Below, one piece after another: positions 29,962 through 38,289 of a stretch of DNA of 64,000 nucleotides (within the stretch, counting starts at the first letter, position 1; every line of letters starts with the position of its first letter). A program made the translations under genes and the position numbers. The stretch is taken from NCBI GenBank assembly GCA_045863855.1, contig BTVV01000016.1, positions 1-64,000 on the forward strand, given 5' to 3'. This DNA comes from Planctomycetota bacterium (GTDB taxonomy: Bacteria > Planctomycetota > SZUA-567 > H5-PLA8). The notes under the pieces were generated by a model, which was not told where the DNA came from, did not search any database, and saw nothing but the letters and a program-made list of their open reading frames with translations.

Positions 29962-30342
29962 ATGTCGGATCATTCGCACGACAGCCACGGACACGATAGC
30001 CACGCTCACGCCAGCGGGGGTCACGACGACCACGGACACGGCGGGCACGGCCACCATGAAGAACACTGGGGCGACTACAACGCCGAGCCGATTCCGCCGT
30101 CCACGCTTCCGACGGTGAGCGGGCCGGCGCTGCTGGTCTTTGGCGTGGCCCTCTTCGCGATGATCCTGGCAATCGGCTTTTACAGTTTTCAGGTGCTCAA
30201 GCGGGCGAAGCCGCACGACGCCGGCGCCGGCCATGCCGCCCATGCCGAAGCCGCCAATCCCCACGGTGCTGCGGCGCACGAAGCGCCCCATGGCGCGCAT
30301 AAGAGCGAAGAGAAGAGCGGACATAAAGCTTCTCACCCCTGA
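29962..30342 (+). CDS. His-rich single-pass membrane protein
   Basis: 13 His in the first 35 aa, a central TM helix, and 9 His in the C-terminal tail. Confidence 0.75.
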   Translation: MSDHSHDSHGHDSHAHASGGHDDHGHGGHGHHEEHWGDYNAEPIPPSTLPTVSGPALLVFGVALFAMILAIGFYSFQVLKRAKPHDAGAGHAAHAEAANPHGAAAHEAPHGAHKSEEKSGHKASHP

Positions 30343-30370
30343 TGGCCGGCCGGTTCTGGAGTGCGGTGCC

Positions 30371-30988
30371 ATGCGGCTATTCGCCTCTCCAAAAATCGCA
30401 TTGCGCCGCGGATTTACCTTGCTGGAACTGGCCGTCGTCCTCTCGATCCTGGCCATTCTGATGGGCCTGGGCGCTGGGTATTGGTCGATGCGTGACCGCG
30501 AGCCCAAGGTTCGATCGGCCGGACGCTTGCTGGTTCAATCCCTAAGGCTGGGCCGGCAACTGGCGATCACGCGACGGGCGCCATGCCTGGTGGAGCTGGT
30601 GAGCCCCGACCACGAGGCGTATGCCGGCGCCGACGACGCGCCGGAAGATCTTGTCCGCGTGCGCTGCTTCCGGGGCGAGCGCGACCCCGTGACCGGCGCC
30701 ATGGTTTACGTCCTGGAGCCCGGTGTTCACGACGAGCAAGGCCTTCCCGCGCCGGTGCGTTGGGATGAACTGCCCGATGCCGGAGACGTGCGTGAAGCCG
30801 GCGGAGACTCCACGCGTGTGCGCCGGCGCATCGGTTTCGTCTTCCTGGCCGACGGTACCTGCCGCGGCTGTGCCGAACCCGAGCCGCGCGCGACCGGGCG
30901 CATCGTGCTCAGGGATCAGGCCACCGAACAGCGCGGCGAAATCGAGATTGCCGCCCAGACCGGGCATTTGCGCGAGCGCTATCCCTGA
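30371..30988 (+). CDS. GspH/FimT-like minor pseudopilin
   Basis: G|FTLLELAVVLSILAIL, LRLGRQLAITRR, FLADGT, terminal TGHL. Confidence 0.85.
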   Translation: MRLFASPKIALRRGFTLLELAVVLSILAILMGLGAGYWSMRDREPKVRSAGRLLVQSLRLGRQLAITRRAPCLVELVSPDHEAYAGADDAPEDLVRVRCFRGERDPVTGAMVYVLEPGVHDEQGLPAPVRWDELPDAGDVREAGGDSTRVRRRIGFVFLADGTCRGCAEPEPRATGRIVLRDQATEQRGEIEIAAQTGHLRERYP

Positions 30989-30992
30989 CGCC

Positions 30993-31781
30993 ATGAATCG
31001 CTCAGCCATAGGCTTCGCCGGCAGGCGCCTAGCCGCGCCGCGCGCGCGAGCGGGATTCAGCCTGCTGGAAGTCTTGCTCGCTCTGGCGATTCTCACCTTT
31101 GGTTCCGTCGCCGTTCTGGTCCTTTTCATGAACAGCCTGCGCACCATCCGGCAGGCCCAGGAAGAAAGTATCCTGGCGCTGCTGGAGCAGGACCTGAAAG
31201 GTAAGTGCCAGCTTTCCGCGTACTTCGCCTTCGATGCCGCGAATCCGCGGCGCGGAACCTTCGACGGCTCAGTCTGGTTGCCGCGCGACCCGGCCGCACC
31301 CGACGACCCCGGCGCGCCGCCGTGGGAACCCGATAGCGAGCCGCCGCGCGTGGACGCCTATCTGAATCAAGACTGGACGGTCGTCCGTGCCGCGTACGAC
31401 GCGCTGGCCGGGGAAGGCTTGACTTGGTCCCAGAACCCGCTCTACGTCGGCTACCAGTACCGCCTGCGGACGGTCCTGCCCGCTTGGCGGGAATCGAACC
31501 AGCTTGTCGATTTCGACGGCTACGGCTGGATCGGGGAGGACGAGACCGACGCCGACCTGGACGGCGACGGGCGCACGGGCGAAGCCGGAACGGGGCGCGA
31601 CTTTGGGCCGCCTCGGCCCAGCCACGGCGTGGTCTACGATCCGCGCGGGCTGCGCTTTTATCTCAAACACTTGGAATGCGTCGTGGGCTGGGACTTGCAG
31701 GACCCGCGCGACATTTTCTCGGGGCAGTACCACGTCTTCCGCTTCACCGTCTACAATCCGGATGCGCGGAAAGATCGTTGA
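30993..31781 (+). CDS. PilV/GspI-like minor pseudopilin
   Basis: G|FSLLEVLLALAILTFG..VLVLF, plus a DADLDGDG motif. Confidence 0.82.
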   Translation: MNRSAIGFAGRRLAAPRARAGFSLLEVLLALAILTFGSVAVLVLFMNSLRTIRQAQEESILALLEQDLKGKCQLSAYFAFDAANPRRGTFDGSVWLPRDPAAPDDPGAPPWEPDSEPPRVDAYLNQDWTVVRAAYDALAGEGLTWSQNPLYVGYQYRLRTVLPAWRESNQLVDFDGYGWIGEDETDADLDGDGRTGEAGTGRDFGPPRPSHGVVYDPRGLRFYLKHLECVVGWDLQDPRDIFSGQYHVFRFTVYNPDARKDR

Positions 31782-31795
31782 GTCCGGGCGGGAAC

Positions 31796-32998
31796 TTACC
31801 TGAAACGGACCGTCGGCAATCCGAATCCGGAATCGCTCCGCGCCGGAATCTCCTTCGGGGGGGCGAGATACTGGTCGAAGAGGATCGAGATCCCCTGGAT
31901 AGCGATGGCGCTGAGGAACGTAGCTTCGGCCAGCGGCGTGAGTTGACGCAGGAGCGCTTCCAACAGACCCACGGCGATGCCCGCCAGGATCATCCCGCGC
32001 TTCGAACGCGGACAGGTCGTGGGGCTGGCCGCCAGATAGAAGAAGCCCAGCAGCGTACAGCCGCTGAACAGATGGTACGTTACGTTTGGCGAACCGAAAA
32101 TCTTGAGCGTCAGGCCCAAGGTGGCCAGCGCGCACAACGGCAGAATCCAGGAAACGGTTCCGCTGAAGACCAGCAGCAGTATGCCACACAGCAGCGCGAG
32201 CCCCTGGCCGCCGCCGATGGACCCCGGTACGCCACCCAGCAATAGGCTCCAGCGGTCGTAATAGAACTCCCCTTTGACCTCCTCGATATCCTTGTCGGAA
32301 TGCAACTGCACAAGGTCGAGCGGGCGCGGGCCGTAGATCGCTTCGGCCGGGACGGTCTGAGCTTCGTCTACGAACGGCTGGCGATTGTGCGTAAAGAGCT
32401 GCTCGTTGTACGCCTCTTTGCTCAAAGCGTTGCGGATATCCCCGCCAAAGAAGTCGCGCAGGTGCCGACCGGCCGGCGCTTCGCCTTCGGCGGGCTTGGT
32501 GATCTGGCGGACCAGCACGGGCCACGCCGGCTTGCCGGCGTCCGACGGGTGCATCGGAAGCGCGAACGATAGCGCATGCAGCGCCAGCAACGCCACCGCT
32601 GCAGGCTGCAACAACGGCATCCCGTCCACAGAGAGCCAATGCTTTCCGGCCAGGATCGCGATCACCCCGCCCAGGAACGCGCACCACAGCGGGAAGGCCG
32701 GGGGGAGCAGCAGTCCGACGATCAGGCCCGTCGCCAGCCACAGCCCGTCTTCGGTTCCGTACGGATTATTAAGGATGAAACGCCCGTTGAAGCGATGCGT
32801 GATCAGGTCGGTGGCCAGTGCGCCCAACACCGCGGCCAGCACCACCAGCCCCGCGTACCAGCCGTAAAAGAAGAGGCCCACCAGAAGCGCCGGCAAGAGC
32901 GAAGCCGAAATGGTAAGGCGGCGCTTGGCCAGGGTCGCGGCATCCGGCGGGACGCTGGAGCGCCACAGCAGATAACTATGCAGTAAAGTCCATCTCAT
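31796..32998 (-). CDS. Divergent stand-alone RnfD/NqrB-family membrane protein
   Basis: GLIVGLLLPP, LLLGGVPGSIG, HLFSG..LG.FY...P.T.P....G family pattern. The canonical (S/T)GATPL and ATDP motifs are altered. Confidence 0.8.
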   Translation of the reverse strand: MRWTLLHSYLLWRSSVPPDAATLAKRRLTISASLLPALLVGLFFYGWYAGLVVLAAVLGALATDLITHRFNGRFILNNPYGTEDGLWLATGLIVGLLLPPAFPLWCAFLGGVIAILAGKHWLSVDGMPLLQPAAVALLALHALSFALPMHPSDAGKPAWPVLVRQITKPAEGEAPAGRHLRDFFGGDIRNALSKEAYNEQLFTHNRQPFVDEAQTVPAEAIYGPRPLDLVQLHSDKDIEEVKGEFYYDRWSLLLGGVPGSIGGGQGLALLCGILLLVFSGTVSWILPLCALATLGLTLKIFGSPNVTYHLFSGCTLLGFFYLAASPTTCPRSKRGMILAGIAVGLLEALLRQLTPLAEATFLSAIAIQGISILFDQYLAPPKEIPARSDSGFGLPTVRFR

Positions 32999-33106
32999 GG
33001 CGGGCTCGCGTGGGCTGCTTGGAGTACGATTCCGGTTCGCGGCGCCAGACGCATCCTCTGCGCCCTCGCGTAACCCGACCCTCGAAACCATCTTACCAAG
33101 CGCGGA

Positions 33107-34237
33107 TTATGGTAGCAACTCGCCCAGTTTTTGCGCTATTTTTTTGCGCCCTTCGGCATTAGGCGCGCGCCCATAAACGCCCCTCTGCTTGGGATCGATC
33201 CGCCATAGCGTTTCGTCCAGCCATTCGCCCGGATCCAGCACCGAGGCATCCTGCGCCTTCGCGGACGCGCGGACTTCTTCCCACAGCCGCTCCTGCTGTT
33301 CGCGCGGCCGGCCGTAGTGGCAAGGCGGCGCCAGGGCGAGGCTCTTCGCGCCCATGAGCCGCAGCCGAGTCAGCAGCGCATCCAGCACGGTGCGGTAAAC
33401 CCGCGGATCGGCTGCGACGTCCAGGTCTTCGGGCGGCAACGCCAGGATCACACCATCGGCTTGGGCAGTCTCCAGAGACCGCACCGCCGCATCGAAAGCT
33501 TTGAGAAGCGGTAGCGTAGGGTCGAGTTCGAACGGTCCCAGAGCCGCGGCCGAATGCGGTTCGGCAAAGGCTTCGGGCAGTAGGTCGCTTATGTCCACCG
33601 CATCTTCCGAACCCGGTTGGGGCTTACGCCCCCACGCTCCGGGCAGCAACGCCAGCACGCGCGCCGGTTTGGCGCTCGCGGGTCCGCCCCAAGCCCAGCG
33701 CACCGGCGCCCAGCGCCGGTCGTCCTTGGTCTGGCGGCGCTGCGTGAAGAAAACCAGCCGCGCCCCGCCATCCTTGATCCTCAACGCGCCGCCCGCGGCT
33801 TCCGCGTCCGGATACGCATCCCGGTCGCGCAGCACCCTCAAGACAGGCCCGGCCTGTTCGCCTTTCGGCGTGTCCAAGAATACGCGCAAGGTCGTCACGC
33901 CCTCGAGCCTGAAGTCCTTTTGGTACGTGGCAAAAGCCTGGGACTTGGGCTCAAGTTCGGTGCGATCCACGCGCACTTCTTTGCCTTCGGCGTCGAACAA
34001 GGCTACCCGCAGCTCGACCTTCATCGCGCCGTCCGTAGCGTTTTCTATCCGAAAGCACGCCGTCAGCGGCTCGGTCTCGTACAGCGCCACGGGAAGGTGA
34101 TCGACGATCAAGTGCACGCCGGCCCGCTTTTCCGCGGGAGGGCTGCTCGCGGGGGTGGCAGTATCTTCCCCACGCAGCGCCGACGGCGCCAGCAAGGAGC
34201 ACACCAGGAACCACGCCAACGGCCCGAACTTCGACAT
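33107..34237 (-). CDS. Exported protein with degenerate SGNH/GDSL-like C-terminal domain
   Basis: Signal peptide, Ig-like N-terminal region, ADGVILAL..DL and PNAEGRKKIAQKL ending. Confidence 0.65.
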   Translation of the reverse strand: MSKFGPLAWFLVCSLLAPSALRGEDTATPASSPPAEKRAGVHLIVDHLPVALYETEPLTACFRIENATDGAMKVELRVALFDAEGKEVRVDRTELEPKSQAFATYQKDFRLEGVTTLRVFLDTPKGEQAGPVLRVLRDRDAYPDAEAAGGALRIKDGGARLVFFTQRRQTKDDRRWAPVRWAWGGPASAKPARVLALLPGAWGRKPQPGSEDAVDISDLLPEAFAEPHSAAALGPFELDPTLPLLKAFDAAVRSLETAQADGVILALPPEDLDVAADPRVYRTVLDALLTRLRLMGAKSLALAPPCHYGRPREQQERLWEEVRASAKAQDASVLDPGEWLDETLWRIDPKQRGVYGRAPNAEGRKKIAQKLGELLP

Positions 34238-34305
34238 GCCCTAGGATCTCCGTTGCACCTATGCAGACGCGGAATCGGCGCGAGGCTTGACCAGAATTTT
34301 CGCGC

Positions 34306-34770
34306 TCACAGCACGGGACTTGGCAATTCCAGCAAGATCTGCAGCGCCATGTACTGCAAGTGTGCGCCCGTTAGCAGCAGGAAAATCCCACCGCTCAGCA
34401 AAAGTCCTTCGCGCCAACCCAGATTGCGCAGGATCTTATTGACGAACGCACGAACCAGCTGATCGTAACAGGCTGGGAGCCGCCGCGCCCACGCATGCCG
34501 CCGCGCCAGTAGCCGCGTTTGCCGGTGGCCCTTCCAATAGAAATTCAGCACGCCCAACAGGTACGTAAGGCCCAGGTAAAGCACCACCGTGAGCGTAAGC
34601 AGTCGCATAACGCGGAATCCCAGCGCCGGATGCGGCAGCAGGCTCATCGCCTGCGCACCCAACCCCACCGCCGTTACGACCGCGGCCAACGCCAGTGCCA
34701 GCAGCGTCCGCGCCAGCGGATGCGCATCGAGATCCCTGACCAGCCGGCTCCAGGCGAATGCGCGCGCCAT
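34306..34770 (-). CDS. Hypothetical membrane protein
   Basis: Three hydrophobic segments. Start abuts the upstream stop. Confidence 0.65.
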   Translation of the reverse strand: MARAFAWSRLVRDLDAHPLARTLLALALAAVVTAVGLGAQAMSLLPHPALGFRVMRLLTLTVVLYLGLTYLLGVLNFYWKGHRQTRLLARRHAWARRLPACYDQLVRAFVNKILRNLGWREGLLLSGGIFLLLTGAHLQYMALQILLELPSPVL

Positions 34771-35303
34771 TAAAGCACCGCTCGATGCAGCCAAGCGAAC
34801 AGGAGGCTTAGCGCACCTGTCACCGCCACTGCGGCGGCCATGATAAAAAAGAGCAGCGTGGCGGTGCGGACTTCTTCCTTGGCCCGGCGTTCCAGCGCAC
34901 TCTCTACGTGCTGCACAAAGCGCTCCGCCGCGGCATCGGTCTCCTGCCGTGCGCGATCGAGAAGTTTGTTCGCGCGGGCATCGGCCTCATTGAGCATGGC
35001 TTTCCCGCGCGCGTCGGCCTGTTCGATCAGGCGGCCGCCTTCTTCGCGCATGCGCAGCGCCAGTTCCTGTCCCAAATCGCGGCTCGCTTCCGCCAGCAAA
35101 CCGCCCACCGGCGTTTCCGAGCGCTTACCCGCCTGGACACAGTTCAAGCACGTGAGCGTATCCGCCCCGCGTTCGTTGGTGCCTTGCTCGAAGCAGCCCT
35201 GCCCCACCAACCCGCCGCACGATCCGCACTGAAACTGCCGCGCGTGTTTCGCCAGAGGGTTCAGGCGTTGGAACTCTTCTTGGCAAACGACGCATTGAGC
35301 CAT
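34770..35303 (-). CDS. Zn-finger (FYVE/PHD-like) + coiled-coil, C-terminally anchored membrane protein
   Basis: CVVC..F..CGSCG....C..CLNC, a charged helical middle and a C-terminal TM helix. Confidence 0.7.
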   Translation of the reverse strand: MAQCVVCQEEFQRLNPLAKHARQFQCGSCGGLVGQGCFEQGTNERGADTLTCLNCVQAGKRSETPVGGLLAEASRDLGQELALRMREEGGRLIEQADARGKAMLNEADARANKLLDRARQETDAAAERFVQHVESALERRAKEEVRTATLLFFIMAAAVAVTGALSLLFAWLHRAVL

Positions 35304-35734
35304 GCCGCGTCCCTCGGGAGGCGCAAGTTTAAACGATTACCTCTTCATTAAGTATAAGGTGGGGGTCGTTTCGCGGACCACTCTGGAAAGCGGCCACCGA
35401 ACGGCGCAAGTGAGCCGTGCACCATGGTGCACCGATCGCCGCCAGATCAAGAATGGGAGGAGAAGAACCTAGGCTACCACCACTTGTATCCTCCCCCTGA
35501 AGTTTGCACTCGAGATCGGCGGTAAGACTTGGCTTTCCGCCAACTCCAACTCGCTGGATCAGCACCAGCACGCGGCTTCCGAAGCTGTGGTGCTGCTTTC
35601 GTGAGTACCTCGCGGCTTGCGAAATTGGAATCGACAACTTCTTCCATCAGCGCTGTTACGTTGGGTTTTCTGTTGAGCACCGCGCGCAGCGGGGCGGAGA
35701 TAATCGACTGCGAGTGCGTACCCAAATGATGAAG

Positions 35735-36151
35735 CTATGAACGCGCTGCGCTTGGCTTTACCACTGTGATCTGCGTTCTGCGTGCGAAGAATTCCGCAAT
35801 ACCTCCTGACAACATCCCAATAATGGCGCAGCTACATATATTGCGCAGGATATTCATGTCTGCTTCATTGTCATACCACTGTCTCGGTTCTACGCCCTCC
35901 CAGGGCTGTTCTTGAGATGCCCAATAGGCCGTAAATTCCTCTTCAGCTGTCAAGGAATCTATGGCAGCAGGCCATGGCCACCCCGATGCATTGACAAGAA
36001 TGGTTGCTCCGGCGCCAATTCCGGGCTCTAATATCTTCAAAGTTCTCCAATGCAGAATATTCAATCCTAGCATTACACTCGTGGCGAAAGCCACGGCCAT
36101 AAGCGTAGTCAGTCGGATCTGATACCTGTGTCGCTTCGGCACAAAATCCAT
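35735..36151 (-). CDS. Hypothetical membrane protein (lower GC)
   Basis: ATG just after the aspS stop with a GGAG..AGGG RBS-like sequence. RYQIRLTTLMAVAF..GLN and GWPW motifs, two TM helices. Corresponds to the tail of track ORF 35735..37474. Confidence 0.7.
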   Translation of the reverse strand: MDFVPKRHRYQIRLTTLMAVAFATSVMLGLNILHWRTLKILEPGIGAGATILVNASGWPWPAAIDSLTAEEEFTAYWASQEQPWEGVEPRQWYDNEADMNILRNICSCAIIGMLSGGIAEFFARRTQITVVKPSAARS

Positions 36152-36153
36152 CC

Positions 36154-38007
36154 CTACGCCGGCTTCTCCGGCTCCGGCAAGTCCACCTTGACCGCGCAGT
36201 CTTTCAGCAACGCGCCCTCCACCTCGGCGGGCGAACCGTTCATCATGTCCACACCCTTCTGGTTCTTCGGGAAGGCGAAGACATCGCGCATCGATTCGGT
36301 CTCGCTCAGCAGCCAGACGAGACGGTCCCAGCCCATCGCGATGCCGCCGTGCGGCGGCGCGCCGTGCTCGAAGGCGTCGAGCAGGAAACCGAATTTCTCC
36401 TGCTCTTCGGCCTCCGAAATCCCAAGCGCTTGAAATACGAGGCGCTGGATCTCGCGGCGATGAATACGCACGCTCCCGCCGGCCACTTCGTACCCGTTGA
36501 GCACCAGGTCGTAGCGGTAGCACTTCACCTGCTTCAACGGGCTGGCGTGCGACTGGTCGCCCGCGCCTCGCTCCAGGTCTTCCAGGCACTCGCGGTGTGG
36601 CATCGAAAACGCGTGATGCGCGGCGACCCAGCGCTTGTGCTCTTCGTCGTACTCGAACAGCGGGGGATCGACGACCCAGAAAAAGTCCCACTTGCCGCCG
36701 CTGCCGTATTCGGGAATCAGTCCGAACTTCTTGCCCAGATGCAGACGCAAATTCGCCATCACCGTATGCACCATCGCCTCGGGGCCGAATTGGAAGAGCA
36801 GCAAGTCGCCTTCTTCCGCGCCGAGGGCCTGGTTGAAGTCCTTGCGCATCCCTTCGGCGATGACTTTCGCCAGTGGCGCGTTGCCCCAGCTTCCGTCGGG
36901 GCCGATCTTGGCCCAGGCAAGCCCCTTCGCGCCCATGCCTTTCACGAACGTCTCGAGCTTGTCGATCTGAGCGCGCGGCATCTCGTGCTGCTTGGGCAAT
37001 CGCAGGCCCTTGACGATTCCGCCGCTGTCGGCGACCGCCTTCATGATCTTGATCCCGCCGCCGTCGTGCTTCTTGACCGCTGCGGTCAGTTCGACGTGCT
37101 CCAGTCCAAAGCGCCGGTCGGGCTTGTCGTTGCCCCAGCGGCTCATCGCTTCGTCGAACGGCACGCGCTCGAACGGGAGCTTCAGTTCGATCCCGAGCAC
37201 TTCCTTCCAGACCGCGGCGATCGCGCCTTCGACCGAGGCGAAGATGTCGTCCTGTTCGACGAAGGACATCTCGATGTCCACCTGCGTGAACTCGGGCTGC
37301 CGGTCGATGCGCAGGTCTTCGTCGCGGAAGCAGCGCACGATCTGGTAATAGCGGTCGGTGCCGGCCACCATCAGGAGTTGTTTGAAGAGCTGCGGGCTTT
37401 CGGCCAACGCGTAGAACTTGCCGGGATGCAGGCGCGAAGGCACCAGGAACGGCCGCGCTCCGCCCGGCGTCCACTTGATCAGAAACGGCGTCTCGACCTC
37501 GGTGAAGCCTTCGGCGGTGAGGTGGTTGCGCACGGCCATGGCGGCCTTGTGGCGCGTTTGCAGTACGCGCTGCATCGGCCTGCGGCGCAGGTCGAGGTAG
37601 CGGTACGTAAGCCGCGCTTCGTCTCCGGCCGTCATGTCGTCGCGAATTTCGATTGGCGGCGTCTTACTTCGATTGAGGACTTCGAGTTCGCCGACTTCGA
37701 TTTCCACGTCGCCGGTCTCGAGCTTCGAGTTGCGCCGGTCGGCGGGGCGTGCCACGACCTTGCCCTTGGCCCGAACGACCCATTCGCCGCGCAGCTTCGC
37801 GGCTTCGGCGTGCACGGCGCCGCTGCGCTGAGGATCGAAGACGAGCTGCGTGACGCCGGTACGGTCGCGCAAGTCGATGAAGATCACGCCGCCCATGTCG
37901 CGGTTGGCGTCCACCCAGCCGGAAAGGACGATCTCCTGTCCGACGTCGGTGGCGCGGAGCGCTCCGCAGGTATGCGTACGGTATCGGTTCGGGCGCAACT
38001 GAGGCAC
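36154..38007 (-). CDS. aspS: Aspartate--tRNA ligase
   Basis: YRTHTCG, FIDLRD, YRYLDLRR, CFRDEDLRIDRQPEFTQ, GAPPHGGIAMGWDRL. GTG start with an AAGGAG RBS. Confidence 0.97.
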   Translation of the reverse strand: MPQLRPNRYRTHTCGALRATDVGQEIVLSGWVDANRDMGGVIFIDLRDRTGVTQLVFDPQRSGAVHAEAAKLRGEWVVRAKGKVVARPADRRNSKLETGDVEIEVGELEVLNRSKTPPIEIRDDMTAGDEARLTYRYLDLRRRPMQRVLQTRHKAAMAVRNHLTAEGFTEVETPFLIKWTPGGARPFLVPSRLHPGKFYALAESPQLFKQLLMVAGTDRYYQIVRCFRDEDLRIDRQPEFTQVDIEMSFVEQDDIFASVEGAIAAVWKEVLGIELKLPFERVPFDEAMSRWGNDKPDRRFGLEHVELTAAVKKHDGGGIKIMKAVADSGGIVKGLRLPKQHEMPRAQIDKLETFVKGMGAKGLAWAKIGPDGSWGNAPLAKVIAEGMRKDFNQALGAEEGDLLLFQFGPEAMVHTVMANLRLHLGKKFGLIPEYGSGGKWDFFWVVDPPLFEYDEEHKRWVAAHHAFSMPHRECLEDLERGAGDQSHASPLKQVKCYRYDLVLNGYEVAGGSVRIHRREIQRLVFQALGISEAEEQEKFGFLLDAFEHGAPPHGGIAMGWDRLVWLLSETESMRDVFAFPKNQKGVDMMNGSPAEVEGALLKDCAVKVDLPEPEKPA

Positions 38008-38215
38008 GAAGTATCTCCTTGAACGTGCATGAATCGATTTTGGCGAGCCCCATTCATACGGGGGGCGGCGCAGACCCACAAATGCCAATCATCCCGGAAG
38101 GGTCATGGGCGAAAGCGTTGGAAGGTAGGGTTAAAGTCAGATCGCGGCGCGGGGAGCCGCATTATCGCGGTTCGCGTCGGCATACAGAGGGAAGGTCAAG
38201 CGTTCCATGAGGGCA

Positions 38216-38245
38216 ACCCTACCTTAAGAAGGTCCGCATTGTCAA
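38216..38245 (-). promoter_or_regulatory. Candidate sigma70 promoter for aspS
   Basis: Minus-strand TTGACA-N18-TAGGGT. Confidence 0.4.
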
Positions 38246-38289
38246 GGCGCGCACGCCGCCGGATGCAGAAGTGAGGCGATCCGGTATCC

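Noticed and set aside
35610..35712. tmRNA-like 5' motifs (GAAATTGGAATCGAC, GGGGCGGAGATAATCGAC)
   Set aside because: No T-arm/CCA acceptor end or tag reading frame found in either standard or permuted arrangement.
36152..38022. N-terminal part of the 579-aa ORF 35735..37474 and the 557-aa antisense ORF
   Set aside because: Both overlap aspS. The same-strand one is Arg-rich off-frame sequence, and only its last ~138 aa look real.
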